From an uncultured virus (IMG/VR IMGVR_UViG_3300038417_000443) (taxonomy: Duplodnaviria > Heunggongvirae > Uroviricota > Caudoviricetes), in the IMG/VR virus record IMGVR_UViG_3300038417_000443: a DNA stretch of 64,000 nt. One strand, 5' to 3'. A program made the position numbers and the translations under genes. This document shows positions 38,912 to 50,192 of the stretch, one piece after another. Below the pieces are notes generated by a model. That model ran no database searches. It worked only from the letters and a program-made list of their open reading frames with translations, and was not told the origin of the DNA. Every line of letters starts with the position of its first letter. Position 1 is the stretch's first letter.

Positions 38912-39646
38912 CGGAAAAATAGAAGTTCTTGTTGTTAATGGGAGATTGAATCTTGTAACATCGTTAGACCCAGTACTGGTTTCATTGTGCTTGATGAAGG
39001 TTGCAATAAAGTTACTGGAAGATCAGGTGACGAAGAGCGGCAGTGTTATATCGATTGGGGGATTGATGTCGTGAAGAATTTTTCAATAAAAATAACCGCA
39101 AAGCAGCTTAGGGATTTTTTAATATGGGAACATGATCACCAAATGAAGTTGTTTCCGTGGATGGAGGAAGAGGATGAAAATACCGGACAGGCTGTTGGTG
39201 ACGTTTCAACCGGAGGAGCAGGGGCTTCTGTCGGCGGAAGAGACGTTTGGGTTGATGAGTCTTTTTGATGAGGTAGGAATGGATTTATACATGACACACC
39301 TGAAAAAAAATCCAGAGACCGGTATGAAAGAAATAACCCTTGAGTTCTGGAGGAAGTTTTAGATGGGGCCGATTTTAAACAAGTGGCAATTTGTTTGGCA
39401 TATTCAGCCCCATAGTTATTCTATGTACGGATATGAATTTTCATTTGGGGTTGGAAAATTTACTTCTCTACCAGGAATGGGATATAGAATTGAACGTAAA
39501 CATCACAAGGGGATTTTTATAACAATTACGTTGCACCCTCCTTTTTGGACATACCGAAGAAGAAGAGTTCTGGGTAGATACGTCACATATCCAACGGGGT
39601 TTTCTTTTTATTTGCGACATTGGATAAGAATATGGTAGGAGAAAAA

Positions 39647-40189
39647 ATGAGAGACTTAATTAAAGATCCCTGGATTCAGGTTCACAGTGGGAAGGTGATA
39701 GATCTTCTTCGACCCAAGGTTGAAGATATTTTGCTGACCGATATTGCCCACTCCCTATCAAACCTATGTCGATTTGGCGGGCACTCTGATTTTTATTCAG
39801 TGGCCCAGCATTCGATCTTAGTTTCTCGGATACTCCCGCCAGAAGATGCCTTGTGGGGACTTCTGCATGATGCAAGTGAGGCCTATTTAACGGATATTCC
39901 ACGGCCATTAAAATTATATCTTAACGGGAAATATAAGGATCTGGAGAAGATTTATATGGATGTTATCTGTGAAAGATTTGACCTCCCAAAAGAAGAGCCC
40001 CCTTCCGTGAAGAAGGCCGATAACCGATTGCTATTAACGGAAAGGCGGGATCTACTTCTTGAGCATGATGTTGATTGGGGGATTGATGCAGTTCCGCTTT
40101 TCGAGACTATTGTTCCAATGCCCCCTACAGAAGCAAAATGGATATTTATGGGGGAATTTTATAAAATTAATACAGGGGGGACGGCATGA
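39647..40189 (+). CDS. HD-domain phosphohydrolase (YfbR/YfdR-like 5'-deoxynucleotidase)
   Basis: DIAHSLS..CRFGGH, YSVAQHS, LLHDASEAY..DIPRPLK and KKAD...L.TERRDL. Confidence 0.85.
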   Translation: MRDLIKDPWIQVHSGKVIDLLRPKVEDILLTDIAHSLSNLCRFGGHSDFYSVAQHSILVSRILPPEDALWGLLHDASEAYLTDIPRPLKLYLNGKYKDLEKIYMDVICERFDLPKEEPPSVKKADNRLLLTERRDLLLEHDVDWGIDAVPLFETIVPMPPTEAKWIFMGEFYKINTGGTA

Positions 40190-40379
40190 GCTTGGAGGAA
40201 GACCTGAAAGAATCTATTGAAAAGATTAAGTTTGAAATCATAGAACAACGTGAAGAGATTCTCCGGGCCTTTATTGCAAAGTATGGGTGGCAGCCTGAGG
40301 ATTGTGAACAGGTGTTGGATATGTCGGATTACGCATCTGGCACGATTAGATGGTCTGTGAGAAAGAAGGGGGGTTAAGG

Positions 40380-40847
40380 GTGATAAATAATCTTAATTTA
40401 ACAGGGAAGAGGTTCGGGGCATGGAGGGTGTTATATCTTTTTCAGATTATAGGACAAGAAACATATTGGAGAGCCGTTTGCGATTGTGGTACAACTTCTA
40501 TTGTCTTGGGAAGTGCTTTAAAGAGCGGGGAAAATTTTGGATGTGGATGTCTGATAACAAGAAGGGGAAAGTCCGCGTGGAATAGAACCCGAATGACATG
40601 GATTGATATGATAAGAAGGTGTGAAGATCCTTATCGGAAGGATTATAAAAATTATGGTGGAAGGGGAATTAAGGTTTGTATTGATTGGCATTGTTTTGAT
40701 AATTTTTTAATAGACATGGGAGAACGTCCGGTTGGAATGACCATAGACAGAATAGATAATAATTTGGGATATTTTAAAGAAAACTGTAGATGGGCAACAC
40801 CAAGAGAACAGGCAAATAACCGAAGAAAGAAGGGAGGGGAAAAATGA
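40380..40847 (+). CDS. HNH-type homing endonuclease (YGGRGI family), copy 2
   Basis: [34 protein letters not shown] start. Confidence 0.85.
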   Translation: MINNLNLTGKRFGAWRVLYLFQIIGQETYWRAVCDCGTTSIVLGSALKSGENFGCGCLITRRGKSAWNRTRMTWIDMIRRCEDPYRKDYKNYGGRGIKVCIDWHCFDNFLIDMGERPVGMTIDRIDNNLGYFKENCRWATPREQANNRRKKGGEK

Positions 40848-41212
40848 GGTATGATGAACTTGAAAAAATAGTTGAGCTCGATATGGTTCCCCCGGCAAAG
40901 AAGTGGAAGGGATACGAAAAGCTGCGCGAGGTTTTTATGGACGCCATGTATCGCGCCTCATGCGGAAAGGGGAAGGAGCGCCATGTGACGGGGGATGAGC
41001 CGTTTGAAGAACAGTTTATCTTAAGGGGGGCTCGAACTTTTGGAATAGCGGCTCTACGTTTCCAGATCGCAAAGAAGAATGAGGAAGTCGGAAACCTGGT
41101 TGACCACCAGGCTAAAATTAATGAATTTTTAGACATAACGGTTTATGCTGCCGCTGCAGTTATTCGATTAAGGGAAGTAATTGAGGAAAGGTCTAAAGGG
41201 GTTCCGGTATGA
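40844..41212 (+). CDS. All-alpha NTP pyrophosphohydrolase-like (MazG-like) phage protein
   Basis: GKGKERH...PFEEQ...Q.AKK.EE...EFLD..VYAAA pattern. Confidence 0.45.
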   Translation: MRYDELEKIVELDMVPPAKKWKGYEKLREVFMDAMYRASCGKGKERHVTGDEPFEEQFILRGARTFGIAALRFQIAKKNEEVGNLVDHQAKINEFLDITVYAAAAVIRLREVIEERSKGVPV

Positions 41213-41329
41213 GCTCTATAATTGTTCACCTTTGCAAAGACTGTGGAGTTTCATATCTCGCTTTTAAAAAAGACAAGAAGTGTTGGTTCTGCGGATCTGG
41301 TAAGATAAAAATTAAACGGATAGGAAGAC

Positions 41330-41692
41330 GTGGGTGTTCCCATGACTACACGGTTTAGGATAAATTGTTTTGACTGTTTGAAACGAAACGGATGTACTCA
41401 ATTGTGTGAGAAGGCCCGTAAGTTTGTGGATCAAGATCAGGTTCCATTGAGGGAGAAGGTTCTTGGTAGGCCCCTTCTATACAGCACATGGGGGGTGTGG
41501 GATAGATATGAGGTATCCGGAGGGGTTGTTCTGAATGATCGTCAACTTTGTCTGCTGGTTTTGCTTAGCTCTGGGGTTCCGAAGGTAGTGATTAAGAAAG
41601 GGATGAAGATGTCGCAGGTTTCCCTTGACAATTGTGTGCGCGCGATAAAGAAGTCATACGAGAAAAAGAATACAGAAATTAAGGGGAATTAA
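41330..41692 (+). CDS. Putative HTH transcriptional regulator with Cys-rich N-terminus
   Basis: CxxC...C...C and a LuxR/sigma-like C-terminus (LNDRQ...); just upstream of the packaging genes. Confidence 0.4.
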   Translation: MGVPMTTRFRINCFDCLKRNGCTQLCEKARKFVDQDQVPLREKVLGRPLLYSTWGVWDRYEVSGGVVLNDRQLCLLVLLSSGVPKVVIKKGMKMSQVSLDNCVRAIKKSYEKKNTEIKGN

Positions 41693-41716
41693 TCTATAAG
41701 TGATGAGAGGAGAGGT

Positions 41717-42304
41717 ATGCCTGAACCCACCGAGAATCTGCCGGAAGTTATAAAGCCAAAGAAAATTAAGGGTGGGTATACTCCTGCCGCTGAAACCGCA
41801 GTTCATCGGGCCATGTTTACGTTTTACGAACGACTTGGTAAAAACAGAAGTCTTCCAAAGGTCGCAAAAAACTTTGGGAAATCTGTTCCGTTTATATCTA
41901 CTTTAAGTCGTTGCTTTCGATGGCAGGAACGAATTCATCAGCACGATAAAGAAATAAAAGATCCGGTAGTAATTGCCACCCAAGACAAGGTCGATTCCAG
42001 TCGAACAAAACTTGTTACCGTAACGCATGATATTGTGGATACGCTCTACGAGCTATCCAAACTATCCAGAAAAATTAAAGATTCCGAGCTTAGCGAGTTG
42101 TCTGAGGCGGATGAAAAAAGATCTACGGTACTTCTGGTCGCCTTGAGGATATTTGGGGTCGAAGTTTCCAAACCAAAGGATCTACGCGATCTTATTTCCG
42201 TTTTAAAAGATATTGTGGACTTTCAGGGCTCGGTTCCAGAAGGCCCACAGAAGATGGAAATTGCTAACGTGGAAAAATTATTGATCGTCAAGGATTTAGA
42301 TTAG
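41717..42304 (+). CDS. Terminase small subunit (probable)
   Basis: F..Y..LG..RSL.KVA...S....WQER HTH pattern; upstream of terL. Confidence 0.6.
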   Translation: MPEPTENLPEVIKPKKIKGGYTPAAETAVHRAMFTFYERLGKNRSLPKVAKNFGKSVPFISTLSRCFRWQERIHQHDKEIKDPVVIATQDKVDSSRTKLVTVTHDIVDTLYELSKLSRKIKDSELSELSEADEKRSTVLLVALRIFGVEVSKPKDLRDLISVLKDIVDFQGSVPEGPQKMEIANVEKLLIVKDLD

Positions 42305-42313
42305 GGAGGAGCT

Positions 42314-42817
42314 GTGGACAGTAGGGTGAAGGATATCAGGGGGCAAAGATTTGGAAGATTAGTTGCGGTTTTTCCATCCCCCTTAAGGTATCGAAGGTCC
42401 GTGGTGTGGGCGTGCGAATGTGACTGTGGGGAGTATTTATTAATTAGGGAAAACTCATTATTTACAAACGGGGCAAGAAGCTGTGGTTGCCTTGATAGAG
42501 ATAGCAAAACAAAACATAATCATTGTCCCGCAGGAAACGAATCCCCAACCCATATGACATGGAGAGAAATGAAGTCGAGATGCTCAAACCCACGTCATAA
42601 AAGTTATAAGGACTATGGAGGGAGGGGTATTTCAGTTTGCAATGAATGGAAAAATGATTTTAGGAGTTTTTTAAGGGATATGGGGGAGAGACCTTTTAAT
42701 ATGAGTATCGATAGGATAGATAATAACGGAAACTATGAGTCCGGAAATTGTAGGTGGGCTGATTATATAACACAAAATAATAATAGGAGACCAAAAAAAT
42801 GGAACGTAAGCCAATAG
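42314..42817 (+). CDS. HNH-type homing endonuclease (YGGRGI family), copy 3
   Basis: WACECDCG, SCGC, YGGRGISVC..W, SIDRIDNNGNYE..NCRWA. Confidence 0.85.
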   Translation: MDSRVKDIRGQRFGRLVAVFPSPLRYRRSVVWACECDCGEYLLIRENSLFTNGARSCGCLDRDSKTKHNHCPAGNESPTHMTWREMKSRCSNPRHKSYKDYGGRGISVCNEWKNDFRSFLRDMGERPFNMSIDRIDNNGNYESGNCRWADYITQNNNRRPKKWNVSQ

Positions 42818-44666
42818 TTAGGCACTCAGATGATAGTGTTACGACCGAAGGTGATGGCATCATGGGACGATATCTTGACCATGAGCACGATCATAAAAAG
42901 GGTAAGGGTGAGTGTGAGGAACATACTGGCATGTTCGGTCACGATGAGATGCATTCGATTGAACACAACGAGAGTCCCGTCAGGCGACACCCCCCCATGC
43001 CAAAGAAAATTAAGAAATGAATCTATGGCAATTCAGGTGTACCGCATGTGAGATCATTTGGTATATGGAAACAACTGGTGAAAGACCTGATTGTCATTTT
43101 TGCCCTAAGTGTGGTGGGAAAATAGAAAGATGGTTTACGGAGTTGATGAATTAAAAACGGTTAGGAGGAGGTTATGATATTTTGTCGTAAGGGGAATATT
43201 GAACGAAAGTTCAATGTTATTATAAGCCTTTTACAGTCTATTTTAAGAAGGGAGATTATTATGTCGGCAGCAATGGATGCATTAAAAGTTCAGGGACAGG
43301 CTATATCGGATGAAATTACAAAGGTGGTTATTCCTTTGCTTCAACAGCTCGCGGCCGGAAAGGAAGATCCAGTAGCTATTCAGGCAGTGACCGATCAGTT
43401 GGCAGCGGCGACTAAGGCGTTGAGCGATGAAGTTACATCAGTGTCACCTCCGGTTCCTCCGGCAGTATAAGGAGATATAATGCCATATAAGAAAAAGGTT
43501 TTAAAAGGTGGCAAGGTAAGAATTACCGGTCCATCTGGTGTTCATATGAAGGCCGGGACCAAAAAGAATGCCGAGGCTCAGCTTAGATTGTTGCATGGAA
43601 TTGATAAAGGCTGGAAACCGACTAAGGGAAAGAAACGGGGAATCCCCGAAAGATAATTGGAGTTGTAATGCTCCATTTGAGTAACAAGAGAACCCTTATG
43701 ATAGAGCAAGGGTTTTCTGCATGTCCAAAGGGAGAGCCAGAAATTAAATTAGAAATGAAAGGGGGTGGTAATAATGGCAATGACAAATTGGATTGCCCCA
43801 ACAGCATTACCCGCAAGCGTAAACTACGCTATTACAAGAATGTTGCTACAAACTAATTGGGCAGGAACCGCTGAATCGAAATTTGGATGGGTGAACGTGG
43901 TAGTTTATCTGACCGATATTTCCGTAACCGTAGGACCGTATGGATCGGCAATTCTGGCAGAGGTTTATTCTGATGCTGGGCCACCAGATTATAAACTCTG
44001 GTACAAGTTCGTTCCGGCATTGATCCCGAGTTAAATGGGAGATTTGGCTCTCCCTTAATTATTTAAAGGAAAGAAAAGGAGAAATAAAATGTACGGATGG
44101 ATATTTTTAGGAGTGGTGGTGTTAGTTCTTACGCTTGGCGTCGTTGGGGCTATCGTCTATAAGAACAACAAAGATAAGATTGCCAAGGCAGCGGCAACGG
44201 TTAAAACGGTTGTTGCTGACGTTAAGGGATCAACGGCACCGAAGGCTTAAGATTTTTTTGCTAATACTTTTTAAGGAGAAATAAAATGGGTCATGTGATG
44301 AGTCGAGCCATTGTGAGGAAGCGTCCAAGGGTTGATATTACTCTTCTTCCAACTGGTCCGCAGGCCGATATTAACATGAGTTTTGACGGTGAGGTTTTGT
44401 CAAGGATTTTTTATGAGGCATGTAACCTCACAAATGCCCCGACGAGACAGTTGGTTTTTCTTGATTCAAACGGGGCTACTTATTATACCAGTCCAGCATT
44501 TCCCAGTAACTTCCCCACCTCTTATGCGGTTCAGGGGGCTACTGGAATGGCCGGTGGGCTTGAGTTGGACGGAAAGTATACCATAAAGCATGTTTTTAAT
44601 GGAGCTTCTGGGGCAACCGCGGGTATACCAGGGACGGATGACTATTTAACCCTATTTGTGCGATAA
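42799..44666 (+). other. Small late genes: His-rich 42799-43020, coiled-coil 43174-43470, basic 43480-43656, 43774-44034, TM 44089-44250, 44286-44666
   Basis: Co-oriented ORFs, most with an SD; functions unknown. Confidence 0.5.
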
Positions 44667-44669
44667 AAA

Positions 44670-46229
44670 ATGGAATATTCTTATTCCGATGTACCCACGA
44701 TCAAAGCCTTTGCAAAGGACAGTACATTCATCCGAGCAATTACTGGTCCGTTTGGATCGGGCAAAAGCTCGGGATGCGATATAGAAATTTATCGTCGAGC
44801 AGTAGGGCAGGAGCCCAGTCCGGACGGAGTTAGAAAAACCCGGTTCGCCGCGGTGAGGAACAGCTACCCCCAGCTTCGTGATACAACGATTCCTACATTC
44901 ATGCATTGGTTGGGCCACATGGGGGAGTGGAAGGTTTCTGATCACGATTTCTTTTTAAATACTTCCGCTCCGGATGGAACCCCTGTTCAGTCTATTATTC
45001 ATTTCAGGCCCCTTGATAAACCCACCGATATTAAAAATCTTTTATCACTTGAAGTTACGGCGGCATATTTTAACGAGATAAAGGATATTCCTTTATCGAT
45101 TATCAACGCCATGAGGGGCAGGGTTGGTAGATTTCCCCCAAAGGATGTTGACAAAGGATTTATGGGTGCTTCATGGAAGGGGCTCTGGGGAGATACAAAC
45201 CCGCCAGATGTTGACCATTGGTTCTATAAATTATTTGAGGAAGATCGCCCCCATGCTTGTAAGGATTGTAGAACCCCAAAGAATCAAATGGTGCTTCTTC
45301 CGAGTAGAAATCCGGATAACAGTTTGATTCCAATGATGTCAAGGAAATGTCCTCAATGCAAACGTGGGATAGAGAATGCATTTCCGCTTACGAAGGTGTT
45401 TCATCAACCGTCTGGTCTTGGACCGGATGCAGAAAACATAGGAAACCTTCCTCAAGATTATTACCAAACTCTTGCGGCTGGAATGGACCAGGATTTCGTA
45501 AATGTTTTTTGCCATGGGTTATACGGATATGTTAAAGAGGGCAAACCTGTTTATGCAAACTATAATTCCGATTGGCATTATTCAAAAGAAGCGCTTAAGG
45601 CTCGTCCGAATTATCCTTTAATTATTTCCTTTGACAACACTGGCCTGACCCAAGCTTGCGTTATCTTGCAATACCTACCGAACGGTCAACTCCGTATTTT
45701 ACACGAATGGCTCGTTGAAGGAATAGGAACCAGAAGACTTACAAGAGATTTGGTCAGGCCTTTTACCTACTCGACCTATCCTGGTATCCAGATTTATCTA
45801 ACCGGTGATCCAGCCGGTGTAAAGAGGGCAGACACAGATGAAAGAAATACTTTTGAAGAAATCGCCGAGGCGTTTGGAATCCAAGCTACCCCGGCCAGAA
45901 GCAATTCTTGGCAATCTCGGTTTAACGCAGTGGATAGTTTTCTTGTTAAAAGAATCGGAAACAACGAACCGGGCCTTCTTGTATCCTCCGAGTGTAAAAT
46001 GCTTCACAGGGGGTTTATGGGGGAATATCGGATGCGTCGACTACAGGTTGTAAGTCAGGAGAAATTTGTTAATAGACCCGAGAAAAATCTTGTTGCTAAT
46101 GTGCATGATGCACTTCAGTATGGTTGTATGTTTGTGGAAGATATGCACGATCTTATGCGCAGAGATAGATTTGATCCAAGCGAACAAATAATTCAACAGG
46201 GCGCCGGTGATTGGAGCGCTTTTAGTTAA
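44670..46229 (+). CDS. terL: Terminase large subunit
   Basis: Walker A GPFGSGKS, RNSYPQL, Walker B-like YFNE, DTNPP; nuclease region GDPAG and HDALQY. Confidence 0.92.
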   Translation: MEYSYSDVPTIKAFAKDSTFIRAITGPFGSGKSSGCDIEIYRRAVGQEPSPDGVRKTRFAAVRNSYPQLRDTTIPTFMHWLGHMGEWKVSDHDFFLNTSAPDGTPVQSIIHFRPLDKPTDIKNLLSLEVTAAYFNEIKDIPLSIINAMRGRVGRFPPKDVDKGFMGASWKGLWGDTNPPDVDHWFYKLFEEDRPHACKDCRTPKNQMVLLPSRNPDNSLIPMMSRKCPQCKRGIENAFPLTKVFHQPSGLGPDAENIGNLPQDYYQTLAAGMDQDFVNVFCHGLYGYVKEGKPVYANYNSDWHYSKEALKARPNYPLIISFDNTGLTQACVILQYLPNGQLRILHEWLVEGIGTRRLTRDLVRPFTYSTYPGIQIYLTGDPAGVKRADTDERNTFEEIAEAFGIQATPARSNSWQSRFNAVDSFLVKRIGNNEPGLLVSSECKMLHRGFMGEYRMRRLQVVSQEKFVNRPEKNLVANVHDALQYGCMFVEDMHDLMRRDRFDPSEQIIQQGAGDWSAFS

Positions 46230-46240
46230 GGGGTAATACT

Positions 46241-48307
46241 ATGGTAATGGTAAGAACCCGAGAAGAGATAGTTGCCGAAGAAAAAGAAAAAGATAAGCGA
46301 GAAGCAACGGCTATCGGTGAAGCCTCCGAAGTTGATGAGCCCAAAGTCCTAAAGATAATAGAATTTTTGGATAAACGATGGGAACGAGCCCGTAGGGCGA
46401 AGGTAAATAATATTGAGCCCATAATTTTTAAAAATATTCGCCAGGCCCAAAGTAAGTATGAGCCCAAGAAATTGGCGGCTATCAGGGAAATGGGCGGATC
46501 CGATGTTTTTATTCAAATCACCGATACCAAATGCCGAAACATGATTACCTGGATTAGAGATATTGAATTTCAGTCTGGGGGTAAGCCTTGGGGTATTGAA
46601 CCAGAGCCAGTTCCAGAGCTTTCTAAAGAGTTAATGGATGAGATTAAGGGAATATTTGTTAAATCAACAATGGATCAGATTATGGGATCTGTCCCCCCAG
46701 GAGCACCACCTCCGGATATGAACAAGGTAATCCAAGAGGTGCAGGCCAGGATGCCACAACTGGAAGATGAAATGCAGGTGGCCGTTAGGGATAAGGCTGA
46801 GGAAAAATCTATTCAGATGACGAGAGAAATGGATACCATTCTTCGTAAGGGTGGATGGTATAATGCCCTAAACGATTGTATTCCAGATTTGGTTATAAAA
46901 AAGAATGCGTTTATTAAGGGACCAATAAAAAGGTATAAGGCTGTTAAAAAAATTATAAAGGATGAGGCGGGTAACAACAAGATAGATTATGTAAAGGAAG
47001 TGGTAAGGGAATGGGAAAGGGTTTCTCCTTTTGACTGTTATCCAGAACCTGATGTTAATTGGATAAGTGAGGGGTATCTATTCCACCACGTTGCATATAG
47101 AAGAAAATATCTTGCAGAGCTTATCGGAGTACCAGGATACCGAGAAGACGAGATCAGAGCCGTGCTCAAAGAGCATCTTGAGGGTGGGCTAAAAGAATGG
47201 ACGGGAATAGAGGGTCAGCGAGAAGAGGCCGAGAAAAAAGATACAACGGCAGTTTGGGAAAGCGACCGAATAGAGGGTCTTGATTATTATGGATCTGTTC
47301 AAGGGGAATATTTAATTGAATGGGGGGTTGAGGTTCCAGACCCAGACATTGACTATGAATGCACTATTTTTAAAATAGGAAAACATGTAATTGGTGCAAT
47401 AGTAAATCCAGACCCAGAAGGAAATAAACCTTGGTCGACGGCTTCGTTCGAGGATGAATCAGACAATATTTGGGGAAATGCGTACCCGGAAAAGATTGAA
47501 GACTGTCAGACCGTTTGTAACGCCTGCGCCCGCGCAGTAGTGAATAATATCGGAATGGGCTCTGGGCCACAGGTTGAAATTAATATAGACAGAATTCACG
47601 GTGGGCTTAAGGGGGACATGAGGTTAATACCATGGAAGAGGTGGTTAACTACAAACAAAATGATGCAGACTGGACAGGCAATAAACTTTTGGCAGCCCCA
47701 GATGCATGCACAGGAAATTCTTACTGTATACAGTGCGTTCTCGAAAATTGCGGACGAAAGGGGTATCCCGTCCTATGCTCATGGAGATCCCCAGGTGGGG
47801 GGTGGAGGAAACACTGCCTCTGGGCTCTCTATGTTAATCACCCAAGCGAGCCGGATCATCAAGGGTGTTATCAGAAATATGGATCGATTCCTTATCATCC
47901 CGTCGATTGAGAATACATACAACGATATGCTGATCGACCCTAAATACGTTAAGAAGATTGGGGATATAAATCTTGTGGCTAAGGGAAGTTCGGCCCTTAT
48001 CGAAAAGGAACAACGAGCGGTAAGGATGCTTGAGTTCTTGAACTCCACGAACAATGATATTGATCAGCAGATTACAGGTATCAAGGGTAGGGCATACTTG
48101 CTCGGTGAAGTTGCAAAATCCCATGAGATTGATCCGGAGAAGGCCCTTGCGGGGATGCTTAACCCTCAACCATCCCCGGGTGGAGGAGCTACTCCACCGG
48201 CTAAGGTTGGGGGTGGTGTAGATGAAGGGGGCAACAAGGTACAAGGACAATCTACTCAGTTGGTACATGGTGCCGGAGGACATCCGGCCTTACCAGAGAG
48301 GGGGTAA
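46241..48307 (+). CDS. Portal protein
   Basis: 688 aa directly after terL; RVSPFD.YP, SGPQVE, PWK.W and TASGLSML motifs of podophage portals. Confidence 0.85.
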   Translation: MVMVRTREEIVAEEKEKDKREATAIGEASEVDEPKVLKIIEFLDKRWERARRAKVNNIEPIIFKNIRQAQSKYEPKKLAAIREMGGSDVFIQITDTKCRNMITWIRDIEFQSGGKPWGIEPEPVPELSKELMDEIKGIFVKSTMDQIMGSVPPGAPPPDMNKVIQEVQARMPQLEDEMQVAVRDKAEEKSIQMTREMDTILRKGGWYNALNDCIPDLVIKKNAFIKGPIKRYKAVKKIIKDEAGNNKIDYVKEVVREWERVSPFDCYPEPDVNWISEGYLFHHVAYRRKYLAELIGVPGYREDEIRAVLKEHLEGGLKEWTGIEGQREEAEKKDTTAVWESDRIEGLDYYGSVQGEYLIEWGVEVPDPDIDYECTIFKIGKHVIGAIVNPDPEGNKPWSTASFEDESDNIWGNAYPEKIEDCQTVCNACARAVVNNIGMGSGPQVEINIDRIHGGLKGDMRLIPWKRWLTTNKMMQTGQAINFWQPQMHAQEILTVYSAFSKIADERGIPSYAHGDPQVGGGGNTASGLSMLITQASRIIKGVIRNMDRFLIIPSIENTYNDMLIDPKYVKKIGDINLVAKGSSALIEKEQRAVRMLEFLNSTNNDIDQQITGIKGRAYLLGEVAKSHEIDPEKALAGMLNPQPSPGGGATPPAKVGGGVDEGGNKVQGQSTQLVHGAGGHPALPERG

Positions 48308-48449
48308 TGATGACCGAGGTAATATACATTGAGGATTGTAAATGTAAGAATCCTACAGCTACTACAAACACACCAAGGATGACCGTAGATAAATTTAAAC
48401 TTGTGGTTCAATGTGTAGATGGACCTTCTTGTGATTCTTGTGGTAGGGA

Positions 48450-49472
48450 ATGGAAGCGAATGGTGGACAAGTGAAGGTTGTAATTCTTTATAACCTTGAC
48501 GAACGGCTCATTAGTGGGGAATATGGAGAAGCTCTTGCTGAATTATCTCTCCAAGAAGAAATAGAGATCGTAGAAAAATCTCTTGAAAAACTGGGGTATC
48601 AATTTAGGACGATTGCAATTTCAAATTCAACTCCAATTTTGGCCGTAGCCAATTTAGTTTATAGTTTGAATCCAGATTGTGTTTTTAACCTGGTTGAAGC
48701 AATTAACGGTGATTCTCAAATGGAGATGGCGCTTCCCGCAATGCTTGATCTGATGAAAATTCCCTATACGGGATCGGGGGCATTGACATTAGGGCTTTGT
48801 CAGGATAAGGCAAGGAGTAAAGCAATCCTTAAGTGCGGTGGGGTTCAAACCCCTGAGTTTGAAGTTTATGGTTGGGATACCCCTCTATCAGACCATACCA
48901 TGTTTCCTTCCATCGTGAAACCCCTGCACGAAGATGGGAGTCTTGGAATTAATGCAAAAAGTGTAGTAAAAAATCACGTAGAGCTTGCTATCGCCGTTTA
49001 TAATATATTAAAAGAATATAGGCAAGAGGCTATTGTTGAGGAATATATTGAAGGAAGAGAATTCGGAATAGGTGTTATAGATTTCAATGGTGGTCCGGTT
49101 TCATTTCCCTGTTCTGAAATTTTATTTAACGGCTATCCACAGGGTACGCCGAAAATTGTTAGCTACAATGCAAAATGGAATCCAGAGACGATTGAGTATA
49201 AGGAAAGCATCCCCCATTGCCCAGCGGATATCGATAAAACATTATCAAGTCGATTACAGGCAATCGGATTAAAGGTTTTTAAGTTGTTTGAATGTCGAGG
49301 GTACATCAGGGTAGATGTTCGGGTAAGGGGAAACGATATATATGTAATTGACGTAAACTGTAATCCTGATATTTCACCTGGAAGTGGTGTCTGTACCGTG
49401 TTGAATGCCGCTGGAGTTCCCTACGAAGAGTTTGTTAAAAATTTAATAGAGGGGGCGTTGCGTGGCAAATAA
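48450..49472 (+). CDS. ATP-grasp ligase, D-Ala-D-Ala ligase-like
   Basis: IPYTGSG, DKARSK, IVKP.HEDGSLGI, EEYIEGREF, GYIRVDVR and IDVNCNP; start may be GTG 48471. Confidence 0.85.
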   Translation: MEANGGQVKVVILYNLDERLISGEYGEALAELSLQEEIEIVEKSLEKLGYQFRTIAISNSTPILAVANLVYSLNPDCVFNLVEAINGDSQMEMALPAMLDLMKIPYTGSGALTLGLCQDKARSKAILKCGGVQTPEFEVYGWDTPLSDHTMFPSIVKPLHEDGSLGINAKSVVKNHVELAIAVYNILKEYRQEAIVEEYIEGREFGIGVIDFNGGPVSFPCSEILFNGYPQGTPKIVSYNAKWNPETIEYKESIPHCPADIDKTLSSRLQAIGLKVFKLFECRGYIRVDVRVRGNDIYVIDVNCNPDISPGSGVCTVLNAAGVPYEEFVKNLIEGALRGK

Positions 49473-49848
49473 ACCCTTTGGATATTTGTTAACAGCCGAT
49501 TGTTATAAATGTGACCCCCACACACTCAATGATGTGAACATATGTTACAATTTTTTAGAGGAGGCTGTCAGGGCTTGTGGGGTATCGATGCAAGCGCCTC
49601 CGCTGGTGATAAGGACTCCAAGTGACTTTCCAGAAAAAGCGGGCCTGTCTGCTGTCGTGTTTTTAGTAGAGTCATCTATTGTTTGTCACACCCTATGTGT
49701 TAAGCAATTTTGCTCTGTAGTTTTTTATACTTGTAGCACAATAGATAGGGCAGCAAAAAAGAGATTGTTAAAACTGTGTCATCGATTTTTTAAGCCAGAG
49801 AAAATTGGATCACGTTTGATTAAAATCGGCACAGATTATTATGACTAA
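49462..49848 (+). CDS. S-adenosylmethionine decarboxylase-like proenzyme (SpeD class 1B fold)
   Basis: GLSAVVFLVE|SSIVCHT self-cleavage site and YTCS; the usual ESH reads ESS here. Confidence 0.75.
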   Translation: MANKPFGYLLTADCYKCDPHTLNDVNICYNFLEEAVRACGVSMQAPPLVIRTPSDFPEKAGLSAVVFLVESSIVCHTLCVKQFCSVVFYTCSTIDRAAKKRLLKLCHRFFKPEKIGSRLIKIGTDYYD

Positions 49849-49859
49849 CGGGGGGAGCC

Positions 49860-50192
49860 ATGATCAATCCAGGTTTGTTTCCAATCGACGAAAAATTCCT
49901 TTTGGCCATTTCTCGACTTGAAGACGAAAATAATTCTAATTTTTTAATTATATGTGATAAACTTTCCGAAGTTTCCACGATGATTACCCAGACCAATCTG
50001 CATGGCTTCCCGGACTATCGGTTAAACTATGTGGAGCGGTTTAATTTTATGCGCGGATTTTCTGCGGCCCTGGATCTTTTAAAAAATATTTTTAATAACC
50101 CAAATGCGTTGCTTATAGAACTAAAAGAGCAGGATGATTTTCTTGAGGCTCAAGAAAGAGCAAGGCAAGAGCAGGAAGGAGAGGCAGGATGA
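49860..50192 (+). CDS. Hypothetical protein
   Basis: SD GGGAG; head module. Confidence 0.5.
   Translation: MINPGLFPIDEKFLLAISRLEDENNSNFLIICDKLSEVSTMITQTNLHGFPDYRLNYVERFNFMRGFSAALDLLKNIFNNPNALLIELKEQDDFLEAQERARQEQEGEAG

Larger units (their letters stand above)
36639..39638 (+). other. Cluster of small rightward hypothetical genes, several with CxxC motifs
   Basis: Closely packed short ORFs, e.g. 37149-37376, 38054-38341, 38361-38687, 39174-39362, 39363-39638. Confidence 0.5.

Noticed and set aside
45252..45390. Intein in terL
   Set aside because: Too short and lacks the C/S start and HN-C/S/T end.
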